From: an uncultured Fusobacterium sp.
Lineage (GTDB): Bacteria > Fusobacteriota > Fusobacteriia > Fusobacteriales > Fusobacteriaceae
DNA length: 64,000 nt
Assembly (NCBI GenBank): GCA_963537515.1
Contig: CAUTEN010000002.1
Span: 314-64,313 of the forward strand
Reading direction: 5' to 3'
Below, piece after piece: positions 60,580 through 64,000 of the stretch. The translations under genes and the position numbers were made by a program. The notes beneath the pieces were generated by a model. It ran no database searches. It worked only from the letters and a program-made list of their open reading frames with translations, and was not told the origin of the DNA. Position 1 is the stretch's first letter; every line of letters begins with the position of its first letter.

Positions 60580-61626
60580 ATGAAAAAGTTTATGGGAAAA
60601 ATTTTAGGGATATTTTCAGATGATTTAGGTATAGATTTAGGAACATCTAATACATTGATTTGTATGAAAAATAAAGGTATTATTTTAAGAGAACCTTCTG
60701 TTGTTGCAATTTCTACTAAAACTAAAGAAATTTTTGAAGTTGGAGAAAAAGCAAAACATATGATAGGAAGAACTCCTTCTACTTATGAAACTATAAGACC
60801 TTTAAGAAATGGAGTTATTGCTGATTATGAAGTTACAGAAAAAATGTTGAGATCATTCTATAAAAGAATAAAATCAGGGACATTTTTAAATAAACCTAGA
60901 GTAATTATCTGTGTGCCAGCAGGAATAACACAGGTAGAAAAAAGAGCAGTTATGGAAGTTACTAGAGAAGCTGGAGCTAGAGAAGCATATTTAATTGAAG
61001 AACCTATGGCTGCAGCAATTGGTATTGGAACAAATATTTTTGAACCAGAAGGAAGTATGATTGTTGATATTGGCGGAGGAACTTCAGAATTGGCTGTTGT
61101 ATCTTTAGGGGGGGTTGTAAAAAAATCTTCTTTTAGAGTAGCTGGAGATAGATTTGATACTGCCATTGTTGATTATGTAAGACAAAAACATAACTTATTA
61201 ATTGGAGAAAAATCTGCCGAAGATATTAAAATTAAAATAGGTACTGTAAGTCCTGAAGAAGAAGAAATGGAAATTGATGTAAGTGGTAAATATGTTTTAA
61301 ATGGTTTACCTAAAGATATAACTTTGACATCTTCTGAATTAATTGATACTTTATCTGCTTTAGTTCAAGAAATTATTGAAGAAATAAGAGTAGTTTTTGA
61401 AAAAACTCCACCTGAACTAGCAGCTGATATCAAGAAAAGAGGAATATATATAAGTGGTGGTGGAGCATTACTTAGAGGAATTGATAAAAAAATATCAGCA
61501 GGTTTAAATTTAAAGGTTACTCTAGCAGAAGATCCTTTAAATGCTGTTATTAATGGTATTGGAATACTATTAAATAATTTCTCTCTATATAGTAAAGTTT
61601 TAGTTTCAACTGAAACAGAATACTAA
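60580..61626 (+). CDS. mreB: rod shape-determining actin homolog
   Basis: GIDLGT, EPSVVA, EEPMAAAIG, DIGGGT, PPELAAD, GGGALL; ATG 60580 by RBS (track start 60562). Confidence 0.97.
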   Translation: MKKFMGKILGIFSDDLGIDLGTSNTLICMKNKGIILREPSVVAISTKTKEIFEVGEKAKHMIGRTPSTYETIRPLRNGVIADYEVTEKMLRSFYKRIKSGTFLNKPRVIICVPAGITQVEKRAVMEVTREAGAREAYLIEEPMAAAIGIGTNIFEPEGSMIVDIGGGTSELAVVSLGGVVKKSSFRVAGDRFDTAIVDYVRQKHNLLIGEKSAEDIKIKIGTVSPEEEEMEIDVSGKYVLNGLPKDITLTSSELIDTLSALVQEIIEEIRVVFEKTPPELAADIKKRGIYISGGGALLRGIDKKISAGLNLKVTLAEDPLNAVINGIGILLNNFSLYSKVLVSTETEY

Positions 61627-61638
61627 GGAAATTTTTAA

Positions 61639-62184
61639 ATGAGTATAAAAAATCAAGTTGAGTCTATCATTTTTTTAGGTGGTGATGAAAATAAAATAAA
61701 AGATTTAGCTAAGTTTTTTAAAATTTCTATTGAAGATATGTTAAAAATTCTTTTAGAACTAAAAGAAGATAGAAAAAATACTGGAATAAATATTGAAATT
61801 GACTCAGAGATAGTTTATCTGTCAACCAATCCTTTGTATGGTGAAATAATTAATAATTATTTTGAGCAAGAAACAAAGCCTAAAAAATTATCATCTGCTT
61901 CAATAGAGACTTTATCTATAATAGCCTATAAACAGCCTATAACAAAATTAGAAATTGAAAATATTAGAGGTGTTTCTGTAGATAGAATTATTTCAAACTT
62001 AGAGGAGAGAAAGTTTGTAAGAAATTGTGGTAGACAGGAAAATGGAAGAAAAGCAAATTTATATGAGGTAACTGATAAATTTTTATCATATTTAGGTATA
62101 AAAGATATAAGAGAACTACCTGACTATGATTTATTAAAAGAAAAAATAAAAAGTATGGAGAATATAACTAATAATGAGAATTAA
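61639..62184 (+). CDS. scpB: SMC-Scp complex subunit
   Basis: LSSASIETLSIIAYKQPIT..EIENIRGV, GR...LY..TDKFL..LG. Confidence 0.94.
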   Translation: MSIKNQVESIIFLGGDENKIKDLAKFFKISIEDMLKILLELKEDRKNTGINIEIDSEIVYLSTNPLYGEIINNYFEQETKPKKLSSASIETLSIIAYKQPITKLEIENIRGVSVDRIISNLEERKFVRNCGRQENGRKANLYEVTDKFLSYLGIKDIRELPDYDLLKEKIKSMENITNNEN

Positions 62185-62878
62185 TAAATTTTTATCTACT
62201 CTTGGAATTGCTTCAAGAAGGGCTATTGATAAATATATTGATGAAGGTAAGATTGTTGTAAATGGAAATATTGCAAGTCCTGGTATGGAGATTGATGAAA
62301 ATGATACTATATTGATTGATGGTAAAAAGATTGAAACTAAAATAAATGAAGATAAAGTTTACTTTATGTTAAATAAGCCATTGGAAGTCTTATCTGCTTC
62401 ATCTGATGATAGAGGTAGGAAAACAGTAGTTGATTTAGTAAAAACAAATAAAAGAATTTTCCCAATTGGCAGACTTGACTATATGACAAGTGGTTTGATT
62501 TTACTTACAAATGATGGAGATTTATTTAATAGAATAGTTCACCCAAAATCAGAAATTTATAAGAAATATTATATAAAAATTTTTGGTGAAATTAAAAAGT
62601 CAGAAATAGATGAACTTAAAAAAGGTATTTTATTAGATGATAGAAAAACACTACCCGCTAAAATATCTGGCGTAAAATATGATAAGAATAAGACTTCTAT
62701 GTATATTTCAATAAGAGAAGGTAGAAATAGACAAGTTAGAAGAATGATAGAAAAATTTGGATATAAAGTTTTAATGTTAAGAAGAGAAAAAATTGGTGAA
62801 CTATCTTTAGGAGATTTACCAGAAGGTAAATATAGAGAATTAACAAATGAAGAAATAGAATATTTATATTCAATTTAG
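62174..62878 (+). CDS. rluB: 23S rRNA pseudouridine synthase (RluB/RsuA family)
   Basis: S4 domain ASRR, GRLD catalytic motif, EGRNRQVRRM. Confidence 0.88.
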   Translation: MRINKFLSTLGIASRRAIDKYIDEGKIVVNGNIASPGMEIDENDTILIDGKKIETKINEDKVYFMLNKPLEVLSASSDDRGRKTVVDLVKTNKRIFPIGRLDYMTSGLILLTNDGDLFNRIVHPKSEIYKKYYIKIFGEIKKSEIDELKKGILLDDRKTLPAKISGVKYDKNKTSMYISIREGRNRQVRRMIEKFGYKVLMLRREKIGELSLGDLPEGKYRELTNEEIEYLYSI

Positions 62879-62886
62879 GAGGAAAT

Positions 62887-63177
62887 ATGGCACTTACAAG
62901 AGAAGAAGTTTTAAAAATTGCAAAATTATCAAAGTTATCATTTGAAGAAAAAGAGATAGAAAAATTTCAGATTGAGCTAAATGATATTTTAGGTTATATA
63001 GATATGTTAAATGAAGTTGACACATCAACAGTTGAACCATTGGTTTATATAAATGATGCTGTTAATAATTTTAGAGAAAAAGAAGAAAAAACATCACTAG
63101 AAATAGCTAAGGTATTATTAAATGCACCTGAAAGTGCTGAAAATGCAATAGTTGTTCCTAAAGTTGTTGGAGAATAG
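62887..63177 (+). CDS. gatC: Asp/Glu-tRNA amidotransferase subunit C
   Basis: IAKLSKL, LNEVDT..VEP, NAP...VPKV; upstream of gatA. Confidence 0.95.
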   Translation: MALTREEVLKIAKLSKLSFEEKEIEKFQIELNDILGYIDMLNEVDTSTVEPLVYINDAVNNFREKEEKTSLEIAKVLLNAPESAENAIVVPKVVGE

Positions 63178-63186
63178 GAGGGGACA

Positions 63187-64000
63187 ATGGTTATCAATAA
63201 ACTTTATGAATTAACTGCAAAGGAACTAAGAGATAAATTTTTATCTGGTGACTTATTGGCAGTAGAAATAGTTAGTGCATTTTATGAAAGAATTGAAAAA
63301 GTTGAAGATAAAATAAAAAGTTTTGTTTCTTTAAGAAAAGAAAAAGCTCTTGAAGAAGCTAGAAAACTTGATGAAAAGAAAAAAAATGGAGAAAAGCTTG
63401 GAAAATTAGCAGGAATACCTCTTGCTATAAAAGATAATATTTTAATGGATGGAGAAAAATCAACTTCTTGTTCTAAAATATTAGAGAATTACATTGGTAT
63501 ATATGATTCAACTGTTGTAAAAAAATTAAAAGAAGAAGATGCAATCATCATTGGTGTAACAAATATGGATGAATTTGCAATGGGATCTACAACAAAAACT
63601 TCTTTCCATCATAAGACTTCTAATCCTTGGGATTTAGATAGAGTTCCTGGTGGTAGTAGTGGTGGGGCAGCAGCCTCTATTGCAGCACAAGAAGTGCCTA
63701 TATCATTAGGCTCTGATACAGGTGGAAGTGTAAGACAACCAGCTTCATTTTGTGGAGTTGTTGGATTAAAACCAACTTATGGTAGAGTTTCAAGATATGG
63801 ACTTATGGCATTTGCTTCATCTCTTGACCAAGTGGGAGCTCTTGCAAAAACTGTTGAAGATATTGCTATTTGCATGAATGTCATAGCAGGAGATGATGAC
63901 TATGATGCAACTGTTAGTAAAAGAGAAGTTCCTGATTATACAAAATCTTTAAATAAAGATATAAAAGGTTTAAAAATTGGTTTACCTAAAGAATATTTTA
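63187..64000 (+). CDS. gatA: Asp/Glu-tRNA amidotransferase subunit A (partial, runs off window)
   Basis: Manual translation from ATG 63187: [41 protein letters not shown] amidase signature. Confidence 0.96.
   Translation, partial: MVINKLYELTAKELRDKFLSGDLLAVEIVSAFYERIEKVEDKIKSFVSLRKEKALEEARKLDEKKKNGEKLGKLAGIPLAIKDNILMDGEKSTSCSKILENYIGIYDSTVVKKLKEEDAIIIGVTNMDEFAMGSTTKTSFHHKTSNPWDLDRVPGGSSGGAAASIAAQEVPISLGSDTGGSVRQPASFCGVVGLKPTYGRVSRYGLMAFASSLDQVGALAKTVEDIAICMNVIAGDDDYDATVSKREVPDYTKSLNKDIKGLKIGLPKEYF

Noticed and set aside
53784..61166. ORFs 53784-54044, 55371-55847, 55949-56230, 58466-58690, 59947-60138 and 60858-61166
   Set aside because: Shadows of the orphan, mscL, mnmA, coaX, maf and mreB; the GSGAGAGA in 55371-55847 mirrors the MscL APAPAP linker
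1..64000. CRISPR array, tRNA or rRNA genes
   Set aside because: No regularly spaced direct repeats or GC-rich structured RNA segments seen in any intergenic region

Overview
This is a very AT-rich bacterial chromosomal window whose proteins and gene order look like an oral Fusobacterium (F. nucleatum/periodonticum group; my recognition, not a database result). It is mostly housekeeping. It contains mglBAC galactose transport with a ROK kinase, trxB, murI, a pbp-priA-def-ftsB-glpX operon, MATE-addBA, a cysteine lyase, kptA, and uvrA-ruvA-thioredoxin-like-serine dehydratase. Further on are a family-5 ABC transporter divergent from a DUF1007/RcnA-like operon, rplU-prp-rpmA, pckA, asnA, mscL, mnmA, coaX and maf-mreB-scpB-rluB-gatCA. 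The left edge holds the 5' part of a tnpA-less IS200/IS605-type tnpB with its end hairpin. The most interesting item is an orphan 577-aa gene (53666-55399) resembling a phage family-B DNA polymerase that keeps its 3'-5' exonuclease carboxylates but has lost polymerase motifs A/B/C. Other candidates are two uncalled small membrane-peptide ORFs inside the metal-transport operon, an adenylation-ACP-acyltransferase fusion, a thioredoxin reductase lacking NADPH motifs, a Cys/Ser-rich small protein, and a truncated lactonase islet. I saw no rRNA, tRNA or CRISPR array.
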